NCBI GenBank assembly: GCA_965231155.1
Contig: OZ246418.1
Coordinates: forward strand, 238,850 to 302,849
From: an uncultured Candidatus Saccharibacteria bacterium
Lineage (GTDB): Bacteria > Patescibacteriota > Minisyncoccia > UBA6257 > 2-01-FULL-56-20
Direction of reading: 5' to 3'
Length of the DNA stretch: 64,000 nucleotides
In this document: piece after piece, positions 49,683 through 59,407 of the stretch
How positions within the stretch are numbered: the first letter of the stretch is position 1
Layout: each line of letters opens with the position of its first letter
Made by a program: the position numbers and the translations under genes
The notes under the pieces: generated by a model
Seen by the model: the letters and a program-made list of their open reading frames with translations, nothing else
Told to the model about the DNA's origin: nothing
The model's database searches: none

Positions 49683-50906
49683 CTACTCGTCCTCTTCATC
49701 TGGAGGAGCCACCACAACTGGTGCATCCTCAACTACGCCGGCCACTCCCCCTTCCTGAGCTTCATCTGGATGAGCTTGTGAACGCACATCAATCTTCCAG
49801 CCGGTGAGACGCGCGGCTAAACGAACGTTCTGTCCACCACGACCAATAGCGAGACTCAACTGATCCTCGCCGACATACACACGAGCTTCTCGGCGTGGCA
49901 AGATCTCCACGCTCTTTGCTTTGGCTGGAGAAAGTGAGGCGCCCACAAACTTCTCGGGATCTTCTGACCACTCAATAATATCAATCTTCTCCTGACCAAG
50001 TTCGTTGTTCACTGCCATCACACGAGTTCCTCTCTGACCGACACAGGCGCCCACTGGATCAACTCCCTCAACGTGCGAAGCAACCGCAATCTTTGTGCGA
50101 TTTCCTGGTTCACGTGCAATCGACTTTATTTCGCAGGTACCATCAGCAATTTCTGGCACTTCAAGTTCAAACATCTTGCTCACAAAATTTGGATGAGAAC
50201 GAGAAAGAATAATTCCTGGTAAACGAGTGTCCTCCTGAACTGCCAAAACCAAAAATCGTAATCGTTCCCCCGGTCGGTAGTGTTCGCCAGGAATTGATTC
50301 GTTAGCAAACATCACACCAACTGCCCGACCCAAATCAATATAGACATGTCCACGTTCAAAACGTTGCACCACACCACTTACCACCTGACCTTCTTTTGTT
50401 CTCCATTCATTTAAAATGGAATCTCTTTCTGATTCACGCAAGCGCTGTAAAATAACTTGCTTTGCAGCCTGCGCGGCGATACGTCCAAAATCCTCATGAG
50501 ACTCTAGTGGAAAAGTAACCTCGTCACCCAAAGCCAATTCTTTTTCTGGAAAAAGTTTCTTGGCTTCATCGATCATAATGTGACGCTCAGAATTATATCG
50601 AGGAAGTTTTTCTTCGTCTGAAAGAAATTCAGATTCATCCCTCCTTCTTGGTTCAAATACTTCTGGCTCTTCTCCTTCTTCGGCGATGCGTACGGAATTC
50701 TCATCAACAACTGTTTTCACCTGCCAGAAAGACATCGTGCCAGTTTTCGCATCAAGCTTTGTTTTAATAACCTCTCCCCTTTTTCCATATTCTTTTTTGT
50801 ACGCAGAAGCAATTGCCGCTTCGACTGCCTCTAAAACTTTCTCCGCAGACAATCCTTTTTCGTCGGCCACCTGCTGAACTGCTTTTCCGAGATCTTTAAG
50901 ATTCAT
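49683..50906 (-). CDS. nusA: Transcription factor NusA
   Basis: FGRIAAQ, EVPEI, ACVGQRG, AIGRGGQNVRLA. Confidence 0.97.
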   Translation of the reverse strand: MNLKDLGKAVQQVADEKGLSAEKVLEAVEAAIASAYKKEYGKRGEVIKTKLDAKTGTMSFWQVKTVVDENSVRIAEEGEEPEVFEPRRRDESEFLSDEEKLPRYNSERHIMIDEAKKLFPEKELALGDEVTFPLESHEDFGRIAAQAAKQVILQRLRESERDSILNEWRTKEGQVVSGVVQRFERGHVYIDLGRAVGVMFANESIPGEHYRPGERLRFLVLAVQEDTRLPGIILSRSHPNFVSKMFELEVPEIADGTCEIKSIAREPGNRTKIAVASHVEGVDPVGACVGQRGTRVMAVNNELGQEKIDIIEWSEDPEKFVGASLSPAKAKSVEILPRREARVYVGEDQLSLAIGRGGQNVRLAARLTGWKIDVRSQAHPDEAQEGGVAGVVEDAPVVVAPPDEEDE

Positions 50907-51003
50907 TAAAATTAATTATATAAGGTTTAAAAAATCCGCTTAAACGCGGATATAATATCGACCTTATCCACAATATCATAGAAAAACTCTCTGTCAACTA
51001 CTC

Positions 51004-51177
51004 GAGTTTACTTTCCTGCCCCTATCCAAAAGGCATAACGGCCAGAAAAATAAGCTCTTCGTTTATGGCAGGCAGGCCCAATGATCTGAAAGGTAACAGT
51101 CTCGAATAAGTGGTAGACAGGTCCGTAAGGTTCTAAAGAAACGAAAGTTTCGAACTACGGTAAACGTAATCCTGTCT
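51004..51177. ncRNA. Candidate structured RNA, copy 2
   Basis: Shared first hairpin; nested stems with GAAA loops. Confidence 0.5.
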
Positions 51178-51211
51178 CTCTATATAATGAACAAAAGCTC
51201 TCATTAGGCTC

Positions 51212-51601
51212 TCAAGCAATATTTTCATAGTGGTTATAGGTATAGGTCTTTGCCCCTGGATCAAGAGAGATGGCAATCAGGTCTATCCGCCATCCCTTCT
51301 CCGACTCAATCAGCTCCTGGTGTTGGTTGGCAAACCAGGAACAAACCTTTTTAAGCCTCATAAGCTTTCCTTTTGTGAGGTTATCCTCTGGTTTTAGCTG
51401 ATAAACATTTTTGTTTATCAAAGTTTTTACTTCGAAGAATACCAGCTCTCTGTCCCTAGATATTCCTACTATATCTATTTCTCCGAAATTCTTCCTATAG
51501 TTTCTCTCAATAACCGAGAATCCTACTGATTCTACTATATAACAGGCAATATTTTCACCTATTCTTCCTATATTATCCTTGTTGCCAGATTCTTTTGCCA
51601 T
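51212..51601 (-). CDS. yraN: YraN family nuclease
   Basis: GE..A, RNYR..FGEIDIV, FFEVKT, RIDLIAI. Confidence 0.9.
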   Translation of the reverse strand: MAKESGNKDNIGRIGENIACYIVESVGFSVIERNYRKNFGEIDIVGISRDRELVFFEVKTLINKNVYQLKPEDNLTKGKLMRLKKVCSWFANQHQELIESEKGWRIDLIAISLDPGAKTYTYNHYENIA

Positions 51602-51609
51602 AAGCAATA

Positions 51610-52025
51610 TGTTTAGCGCTAAACAATTTCTTCTATATTAGTGTTTATCATCCAGTACGGATGATATATAGATACTAAAGATATTCATAATATTCCATTA
51701 AAATGTTTGTCGACAAACAATACTGGCTATTTTATTGGCTCAATCGATCGATTGAGCCAATAAAATGTTTGTCGACAAACATTTTTCCACTATATCCTGG
51801 ATAATTACCATAATTTGTTTAGCGACAAACACTTCTATCCGCGTATATAATGTTTATCGCTAAACAACATATTTTTGATAAACATTTTTGTTTATCAAAT
51901 AGTCCCTATAGCAAAAAAGAGCCTAAATTGTTTGCCGGATAGGGAGCACCTATCAAACCTATCTTTCACATAAACCTTAATATAGTTGTTATATTTTGAC
52001 AACTATAAACACAATTGTTTATCAT
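51610..52025. repeat. Cluster of TGTTT-N6-AAACA palindromes (parS-like)
   Basis: Five full 16-mers, several half sites and a 38-bp perfect palindrome. Confidence 0.8.
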
Positions 52026-52172
52026 ATTCTGGTATCTCCAAAAAGCTCTAGAAACAGAATTGTTGGTCGATATTCTGATTCTAGGAAAACAACGTAAAAA
52101 AACACCTCACAAAAAAATCCCTTCTCACTGCAGGAGTAATAAGTTGATTTTTCTCATCTTCATTTCTACAAT

Positions 52173-52514
52173 ATGACAATGCTTACTGAACAAGAAATCG
52201 AAAAATATAGAATCATTTTAGAAGACGAGCGAAAGAAGTTGGCACAAGAAGTGAAGGGTGACGAATCTCCTATCGAGTTTGAAGATGAAGCGACAGAAGA
52301 CTTTGATGCAGAAGCTGATGAGGCAGAAGAATTGGGAAATGAATTGTCTGTTGGAGATACGGTGCGCGAACGACTGAATCAGGTTGATGAGGCTCTGGAG
52401 AAAATAGAAAACGGCACATATGGAATTTGCGAAGAGTGTGGCCGAGTGATCTCTGAGAAAGTTCTTCATGTAGCCCCTGAATCAATTTTGTGCGCCGAGT
52501 GTAAGCAACGATAG
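52173..52514 (+). CDS. DksA/TraR C4 zinc finger protein
   Basis: D.EAD, GTYGICEECG, CAEC. Confidence 0.9.
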   Translation: MTMLTEQEIEKYRIILEDERKKLAQEVKGDESPIEFEDEATEDFDAEADEAEELGNELSVGDTVRERLNQVDEALEKIENGTYGICEECGRVISEKVLHVAPESILCAECKQR

Positions 52515-52544
52515 TTTCTCCGCTTTCCTTTTTTATAAAAAATT

Positions 52545-54071
52545 ATGAGCGTCCAGAATCTGGCGACGCTTTATTCCGCCGAGCTCGAAGGTGTTGATGC
52601 ACGGCTTATTGAAGTTGAGGTCGACCTGAATGTTGGCCTCCATTCGTTTACGATTGTTGGTCTGGCTGACAAAGCACTGAACGAGGCGAAGGAGCGAGTA
52701 AACTCAGCGCTCAAGAATTCTGGCGTAAAACCACCGAACCAAGAAAATCGGAGGATTACCATAAGCCTCGCACCAGCTGATGTAAAAAAATCTGGTTCGC
52801 AGTATGATCTGGCGTTAGCGCTTGGATATTTAGCGGCGACAAAACAGATTGCCCCATTCGATACAAAAAATAAAATATTCGTCGGCGAGTTGGCGCTTGA
52901 TGGACGCGTTCGTCCAGTGAGTGGTGCTTTGAGTATTGCTGAGATGGCCGGACGCCTGGGATTTTCTGAAATATATTTACCCACAGAAAATGCTCACGAA
53001 GCTTCCGTGATTAAAAATATTTCGGTTTTTGCCGTGTCTCGATTACAAGACGTTATTGTACACCTGGAAAATAAATCCCTTCTTCATCCGACGGTCTTTA
53101 CGCACGAAGCAGAGGAGAGAATTTCGACGATCGACTTTTCTGAAATTAAAGGGCAGGGGAATGCCAAGCGTGCACTACTAATTGCCGCAGCTGGCGGACA
53201 TAATGTCCTCCTAGTGGGTAGTCCGGGAGTAGGGAAGAGTCTTCTCGCTCAGGCGCTTTCCGGAATTCTTCCACCACTGAATCTCGAAGAAGCAATTGAG
53301 GTAACAAAAATTCAAAGCGCCTCAGGACTTCTACCTAAAGGGCTAATTACTGACCGCCCATTTCGCGCTCCTCATCACACGGCCTCATCCGTGGCGATCG
53401 TGGGCGGTGGACCACAACCAAAACCTGGAGAGATAAGTCTCGCCCACCGCGGTGTTCTTTTTCTGGACGAGGTTCCGGAGTTCCAGAGAAATGTATTAGA
53501 AGCGTTGCGCCAACCATTAGAAAGTGGGAGTGTGAACATCTCGAGAGCGAAAGGAACACTCACCTTTCCGGCGCGCTTTTCCTTGGTTGCCGCTATGAAT
53601 CCCTGTCCGTGTGGTTTCTTTGGCGATCAGGAAAAAGAATGTCGTTGTGGCGCATATGAAGTGATCCGTTATCAGAAAAAAATATCCGGCCCACTTTTAG
53701 ACCGTATCGACTTACAGGTCAGAGTTCCTCGAGCCAAAATTGAAGAATTACAAAAAAGGAATGAGGGTCTAAAAGAAAACGCAGATATTAGGGAGCAGGT
53801 AACGCGCGTACGTCAGATTCAAGAAAAACGATTTCGTTCTCTCCCGATTCAGGTCAATGCTGAAATGTCCTCAAAACACACTGAGGAGTTCGCGCCCCTC
53901 ACTCCGCAAGCTCACGACTTTATGTTCTCTCTCAAAAACCACCACCTCTCTCCCCGGGGTTATTATCGACTACTAAAAACCGCCAGAACTATTGCCGATC
54001 TGGAAGAAAAAGAAATTGTTGACCTTCCCCATGTGGCTGAAGCGTTTAGCTATCGATTGCGAGAAGAGTAA
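52545..54071 (+). CDS. comM: ComM/YifB Mg-chelatase-like AAA+ ATPase
   Basis: GELALDG, GSPGVGKS, PFRAPHH, PGEISLAHRGVLFLDE, NPCPCG. Confidence 0.95.
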   Translation: MSVQNLATLYSAELEGVDARLIEVEVDLNVGLHSFTIVGLADKALNEAKERVNSALKNSGVKPPNQENRRITISLAPADVKKSGSQYDLALALGYLAATKQIAPFDTKNKIFVGELALDGRVRPVSGALSIAEMAGRLGFSEIYLPTENAHEASVIKNISVFAVSRLQDVIVHLENKSLLHPTVFTHEAEERISTIDFSEIKGQGNAKRALLIAAAGGHNVLLVGSPGVGKSLLAQALSGILPPLNLEEAIEVTKIQSASGLLPKGLITDRPFRAPHHTASSVAIVGGGPQPKPGEISLAHRGVLFLDEVPEFQRNVLEALRQPLESGSVNISRAKGTLTFPARFSLVAAMNPCPCGFFGDQEKECRCGAYEVIRYQKKISGPLLDRIDLQVRVPRAKIEELQKRNEGLKENADIREQVTRVRQIQEKRFRSLPIQVNAEMSSKHTEEFAPLTPQAHDFMFSLKNHHLSPRGYYRLLKTARTIADLEEKEIVDLPHVAEAFSYRLREE

Positions 54072-54172
54072 CCTTGCTAATCTTCTTTGTGCTGAAATGT
54101 CTCTCTGAAGAAGGTTGCAATTGGGTCATAACTCTTGTAGAAAGAAGACAGAGTGCTTGAAAGGAGGAGGTT

Positions 54173-54646
54173 ATGCGCACCGCTATGTTGGTGACTACCT
54201 TTTTGTTTCTCTCTGGATGCTCCCTCGTTGCTTCCACGAGGGGACAGGAGCTGACGGTGAGCGAGCCTAGCTTGGTTGGCCCATCGCCAGTGGCCATCGA
54301 GGTCACTGAGTTCTACTACGGAGAGAGGACCAGGGAGGCAGTGGCATTTTATGCCAACTTTCTCAGCTTCCTCGAAGCAGAGTGGCGTCAAGCGTGTGCC
54401 ACCGGAAGATCGATTAGCACCGCCTGTCTCTACCAAAACAGACGGATATCGATAAGCCACAATGGCCACGTAGCGATGGTGGCGATCATTCCACCGATCG
54501 TCACCGAGGAAACCATACTTCCGCAAGTGGCAACGGCCGACGATGTCGAGAGGGAAACGCCAGTCTTTGCAGCCAAGAGGATGGCCCACGAGACGGCCCG
54601 AGCCCTTGGCCTCCTACGGCCCCTTCTTCGAAAATACCAACGCTAA
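54173..54646 (+). CDS. Putative lipoprotein
   Basis: SD AGGAGGAGG; lipobox LSGC. Confidence 0.7.
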   Translation: MRTAMLVTTFLFLSGCSLVASTRGQELTVSEPSLVGPSPVAIEVTEFYYGERTREAVAFYANFLSFLEAEWRQACATGRSISTACLYQNRRISISHNGHVAMVAIIPPIVTEETILPQVATADDVERETPVFAAKRMAHETARALGLLRPLLRKYQR

Positions 54647-54752
54647 GTTGATCTAGAGACCCACGCAAAATTTCTGCGCAGGGTCTTTTTTTATCTGCCA
54701 TATCAGCACAATCTCTAGCTATTTTTTTGTCTCCGAGTTAAAAATAAACGTA

Positions 54753-56582
54753 ATGTCTTCTTTAAATCCTCAACAGAAAAAAGCAGCGGAATCACCAGCG
54801 GGACCACTCCTCATCGTCGCCGGAGCGGGAACCGGAAAAACACATACTCTGACGCATCGTTTTCTACATCTTATTGAAAGTGGTGTCTCGCCAGATAATA
54901 TCTGCGCCATCACCTTCACCAATAAGGCGGCCAAAGAAATGTCTGAACGTATTAGAAAAACGGTACCGCATCTTCCGGCAACACTTGGCGTTTTTCCTTA
55001 TGGCTATATTGGAACTTTCCATGCACTCGGCGCAAAAATTCTTCGTCGTGAGACGCCTGCGTTCGGACGAAAAAAGAATTTTGCTATTTTTGATGATGGT
55101 GACAGCTGGAGTGTTATTAAAAAGATCGCCAAAAAATATGCTGACGAAAAACCAAAGTTAATGCCGGGGGAGATTGGAGAAACAATTACTCATATTAAAA
55201 ACGGCATGCTACCAATCGAAGAACTCGAAAATGATCAAAGGATCGACCGACAACTTCTTCTGCAAGCCTACCACGAATACGAAGCCTCTCTTGAAAGACA
55301 GAATGCCTTTGATTTCGATGATCTTTTGGAAAAAGTAGTTCGGTTATTTTCTACCGCTCCGGAAGTTCTTCAGAAATATCGAAAACGATTCACTCATCTC
55401 TTGGTCGATGAGTATCAAGATATCAACAATATCCAGTATGAGCTGATTAAACTCTTAGCGGGGGAGTCGCGCAATATCAGCGTGGTCGGTGATCAGAATC
55501 AAACGATTTATAGTTTTCGCGGTTCGAACATTAATATCTTTCTGAACTTTCCTAAAGACTGGCCGGGAAGTCAGGTGATTGTCCTCGAGGATAACTATCG
55601 TTCGTCGGGAAATATTCTTGAAGCCGCCTCCACGCTGATTGCTCAAAACAGCATCCGTCTTGAAGAAGCGAGTGGGAAACTCCGCGCCGTGAATCCACCA
55701 GGTCCAATGATTCAACTTTACGAAGCTTCAAACGAAGAGGAAGAGGCTGAGTGGGTTGGAGGAAAAATACAAAGCGCGATTATCTCGGCAGAGATGGAGA
55801 ACAGCCCACAACAAACAATGGCGGTGCTCTATCGAACGAATGCTCAATCTCGGGCCATCGAACAAACACTTTTGGCCCGCGCCATTCCTTATCGAGTCTT
55901 TGGCGGACTGAAATTCTACGAACGACTAGAAGTTCGTGATGTGATTGCCTCGGTACGCTACCTCTCAAATCCTGAAGACGAGGTGAGCAAAACACGCCTC
56001 GAGAAAAATATTACCAAAACTAAGTTCAAACTATTTGCCGAAAAAGCAGGGGAGATAAGAGAGCTAAAACCAACCCAGGCGATCACGGCCTTTATGAGAA
56101 CTGTTAGTTATATTGAACACCTCGAAAAACATTATCTGAATGTTTCCGAACGACAGGAAAATATCATGGAGCTTCTTCGATTTGCTCAAAACTTTTCAAC
56201 CCTAGAAGATTTTTTAGAACAGGTCAGTCTTTTGCAATCAACCGATCAGATAAAAGGGGAGACTCCTTCAAACCTTCCGCCAGTTACCCTGTCGAGTATT
56301 CATCTCGCGAAAGGCTTAGAATTTGACGAGGTTTTTTTGATCGGCGTAAACGAATCGATCTTGCCTCATGCCCGCTCCTATGGCACACTGGCCGAGCTCG
56401 AAGAAGAACGACGACTCCTCTACGTGGCAATGACTCGCGCCAGAAAGAAGCTATCCATCAGTTTTCACGATCTTCCTTCTCGCTTCTTATCCGAACTCCC
56501 TCAGGAGCTTCTCTCAATCGAAAGCCGAAATGGTGAGATAAGAGACTTCGACGACGAGGAACGGTACATCACCTTAGATTAA
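54753..56582 (+). CDS. pcrA: UvrD/PcrA helicase
   Basis: AGAGTGKT, TFTNKAA, VDEYQD, HLAKGLEF, YVAMTRA. Confidence 0.95.
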   Translation: MSSLNPQQKKAAESPAGPLLIVAGAGTGKTHTLTHRFLHLIESGVSPDNICAITFTNKAAKEMSERIRKTVPHLPATLGVFPYGYIGTFHALGAKILRRETPAFGRKKNFAIFDDGDSWSVIKKIAKKYADEKPKLMPGEIGETITHIKNGMLPIEELENDQRIDRQLLLQAYHEYEASLERQNAFDFDDLLEKVVRLFSTAPEVLQKYRKRFTHLLVDEYQDINNIQYELIKLLAGESRNISVVGDQNQTIYSFRGSNINIFLNFPKDWPGSQVIVLEDNYRSSGNILEAASTLIAQNSIRLEEASGKLRAVNPPGPMIQLYEASNEEEEAEWVGGKIQSAIISAEMENSPQQTMAVLYRTNAQSRAIEQTLLARAIPYRVFGGLKFYERLEVRDVIASVRYLSNPEDEVSKTRLEKNITKTKFKLFAEKAGEIRELKPTQAITAFMRTVSYIEHLEKHYLNVSERQENIMELLRFAQNFSTLEDFLEQVSLLQSTDQIKGETPSNLPPVTLSSIHLAKGLEFDEVFLIGVNESILPHARSYGTLAELEEERRLLYVAMTRARKKLSISFHDLPSRFLSELPQELLSIESRNGEIRDFDDEERYITLD

Positions 56583-56584
56583 TT

Positions 56585-57355
56585 ATGCAAAAACTTGGCC
56601 AACACTTCTTAAAAGATACGAAAGTTCTCGAGAAAATTGCGGGGCAGATTGACGCAGGAACAACTCATATTATAGAAATTGGTCCAGGACATGGAGAACT
56701 CACAAAACAGTTAAGAATTCAAAATAAAAAAGCTAAGATTATCTCTATCGAGAAGGACTCGCGTCTGGCTCAATCTCTCACAGAATACTTTTTTGATGAC
56801 CCTCTTACAGAGATTGTGGAGGGCGACGCCCTAAAGATACTCCCTTATATAATAGAAGCGCGCAAAAATGAACTTGAGAAGTACACACTTATAGGAAATA
56901 TTCCCTACTATATAACTGGTTATCTTCTAAGAACCGTCAGCGAACTAGACGCTTATCCCGAAGAGACCACCCTTCTGATACAAAAAGAGGTGGCTGAACG
57001 AATCACCTCGCACCCACCAGAGATGAATCGGCTCGCCGCCAGTGTTCAGTTCTGGGGAGATCCAAAAATTGTACTCACTGTGCCGCCCGGCGCTTTTAAT
57101 CCACCTCCGAAGGTTGATTCTGCCGTTATTAATATCCTCACCAAAAAAAATTTTCCAGTCGATAAGGCTCGATATTATGAAACAGTTCGTCTCCTTTTCG
57201 CTCAGCCAAGAAAAACTATCCTCAACAACCTGTCCGAGAAAATCTCTAAAAAAGAATCCTCTGAGCTTCTGGAGAAATTAGACATTCCACTCGGAGATCG
57301 CCCCCAAAACCTCTCCATAGAAAAGATTGTAGCAATTACCGAAAAACTTTATTGA
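56585..57355 (+). CDS. rsmA: 16S rRNA dimethyltransferase
   Basis: LGQHFL, EIGPG.G, GNIPYYIT, PPPKVDSA. Confidence 0.95.
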   Translation: MQKLGQHFLKDTKVLEKIAGQIDAGTTHIIEIGPGHGELTKQLRIQNKKAKIISIEKDSRLAQSLTEYFFDDPLTEIVEGDALKILPYIIEARKNELEKYTLIGNIPYYITGYLLRTVSELDAYPEETTLLIQKEVAERITSHPPEMNRLAASVQFWGDPKIVLTVPPGAFNPPPKVDSAVINILTKKNFPVDKARYYETVRLLFAQPRKTILNNLSEKISKKESSELLEKLDIPLGDRPQNLSIEKIVAITEKLY

Positions 57356-57447
57356 TAGAAGGTGGCGATGGGCTGTGTATATCCCAAACTAACTCACGGG
57401 AGTTTTTTTGACATACAATATAGAAGTAACATCAATTGCTTTTTTCT

Positions 57448-59307
57448 ATGCTCGACGACTCAAGAAAATGGACTCTTATCGTGCTTGGACTTGTGCTCAT
57501 AGTGAGCGTTTCTAGTTTTTTCTTCACCGGATTCTCACCAGAAAAAAGACCTGGCCAACTCGATATCACTGGGACAAAAAACCAAAACTCCTCACCCTTA
57601 AGGAGCGGCTATCAAACGGGGAACTCCTCGGGACAGGAAGCTGCGATAATGGAACCAGTGAGGCTCCCATCTTCAAACGCCACTGAAAATTTAGCCTATC
57701 TTCTTTCTAATAATACTGCCATCTCCTACCAGGCTGGAGTGGCTACGAAAGGCGCCTTCGCTCCGGTTTCTAAAGAGGCAGTGAGTGCGGCGGTTACCCT
57801 TGTCGCCACCAAGGCATTAGAAGAAACAAATGTCACTCCCTCCACTTTTGTAGTTATCGAAAAACCAACCATCAAGGAAGTAGAAACATATTTTGAACAA
57901 GTTACAAAGATTCTCAAAGAAGAGGCAACTAATCCAGCCGTTGATCAGGTAGCGAAGAATGGAATAACTCTGACGAAGATACGTGCGGCTCAGGCCGTTT
58001 TCGCAACACAGGAGAAAAAAATCCTTGCCCTCAAGGTTCCAAAGAATTTTTTAGAAGTTCATAAAAAACTTCTTTCACTCACAAGAAATTACCGTTTGTT
58101 CTTTGAAAGCGCAGCCCACTACAAAGATGATCCGCTAAAGGCAGTATTCGTAGTTCAAAATAAACAACCACTACTGGCTCGACAGGGGAATGATCTGGTT
58201 AATGAAATAAAGAAACTCACCACCAAGAAGGCAGCGCTTACACCAACTCCTCTTGAAGAACTTTTAGGAATCAAGAAGGTTGAAGCCCAACAAGCAGTTT
58301 TTGACGCCACTGTTTTCGGCCAGGCCATAGCGAACTTTGCCGAAGACGTAGCCTTCTACGCAGAAGACCTGGCTAACTGGGCAACAGAATACGCTCAAAA
58401 AATACTCGAGTGGACGAGAAAATTAGCTACTGAACAGATGAAAAACACTCTCATACAACTTTTTGTGAAACAGACCGTTGGGTGGGTAAATGGCGGGGGA
58501 GAGGCTCAGTTTGTAACCAACTGGAAGCTTTTCGCTCAAGATGCAACGGCTCGAGGAACACAAAAAGGATTTACCGAAATTTCTGACTCGGCATGCGCCA
58601 CATTTGGACCATCAATTATCAGACAGCTTGGTGATTCTTATAACACCTTTTATCGTCCAGAAAATTGCCGTAAAAGCCCCACCGGAGAAGCTCTCGGTCA
58701 GTTTAGAGATAATAACTTTTTTGATGGAGGGTGGGGAGCGTATGGCTTAGCAATTAGTCCGAAAGGAAACTACTTCCAGAGCTATGTCGAGAACTCAACA
58801 AAGATTGGAGAACTTGCGGCTGAAGAAAAAGAAGCGGCCCAAAATGATGCCTTGGCCAATAGTGGTTTCAAATCAACAAAAATCTGTATCGACACTCCAG
58901 GAACTCCTGCACCAGATCCAGATGGGAGCTGTCCAGATGGTTCCGAACCGATAAATACAACCCCCGGAGTGGCACTGAAGGCAACGCTCGACAAAGCGCT
59001 TCAGGCTCCTGTGGATCGCATCGCAAACGCCGATGACTTGGTTGATTTGGGTTTTATTCTCTCCAACTCAGCACTTTCTAATATAGTAAGCGCCAAAGAA
59101 AAGGGTCTTTCCGGTCTCCTGGGTGGTGGCAATATAGCTGGTAGTCCAACTGATCCAGCCAATCTAAACCTGGAAAGTACCTGCGCCTCCTATGAGGAAA
59201 ACTCCACTGAATACTCCAGTTGTATGCTGATCGCCGGTGCTTCTACCGGATCAGCTTCACAAATCATCACCAATTTAGATAATCAGATTACGACTGCTCA
59301 GCAGTAG
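57448..59307 (+). CDS. Large membrane-anchored protein, paralog A of T4SS-like cluster
   Basis: N-terminal TM; WVNG...QFVTNW, GGWGAY, TPG motifs. Confidence 0.75.
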   Translation: MLDDSRKWTLIVLGLVLIVSVSSFFFTGFSPEKRPGQLDITGTKNQNSSPLRSGYQTGNSSGQEAAIMEPVRLPSSNATENLAYLLSNNTAISYQAGVATKGAFAPVSKEAVSAAVTLVATKALEETNVTPSTFVVIEKPTIKEVETYFEQVTKILKEEATNPAVDQVAKNGITLTKIRAAQAVFATQEKKILALKVPKNFLEVHKKLLSLTRNYRLFFESAAHYKDDPLKAVFVVQNKQPLLARQGNDLVNEIKKLTTKKAALTPTPLEELLGIKKVEAQQAVFDATVFGQAIANFAEDVAFYAEDLANWATEYAQKILEWTRKLATEQMKNTLIQLFVKQTVGWVNGGGEAQFVTNWKLFAQDATARGTQKGFTEISDSACATFGPSIIRQLGDSYNTFYRPENCRKSPTGEALGQFRDNNFFDGGWGAYGLAISPKGNYFQSYVENSTKIGELAAEEKEAAQNDALANSGFKSTKICIDTPGTPAPDPDGSCPDGSEPINTTPGVALKATLDKALQAPVDRIANADDLVDLGFILSNSALSNIVSAKEKGLSGLLGGGNIAGSPTDPANLNLESTCASYEENSTEYSSCMLIAGASTGSASQIITNLDNQITTAQQ

Positions 59308-59407
59308 GGGAATTTCTGTTTTATTTTTGGTTGTGTATATCTGAAACGCTCACGAAAGAGTCGGTTTTGCCCTATAATATAGAAGGTGGAATACGTTTCG
59401 CCCTCTT

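Noticed and set aside
51116-51135. SRP RNA (CAGGTCCGTAAGG)
   Set aside because: Lacks the following AAGCAG and the helix 8 symmetry.
51610-52170. Firm oriC call
   Set aside because: No dnaA/dnaN nearby, few DnaA boxes in the interval and no obvious skew switch by eye; kept only as a hypothesis.
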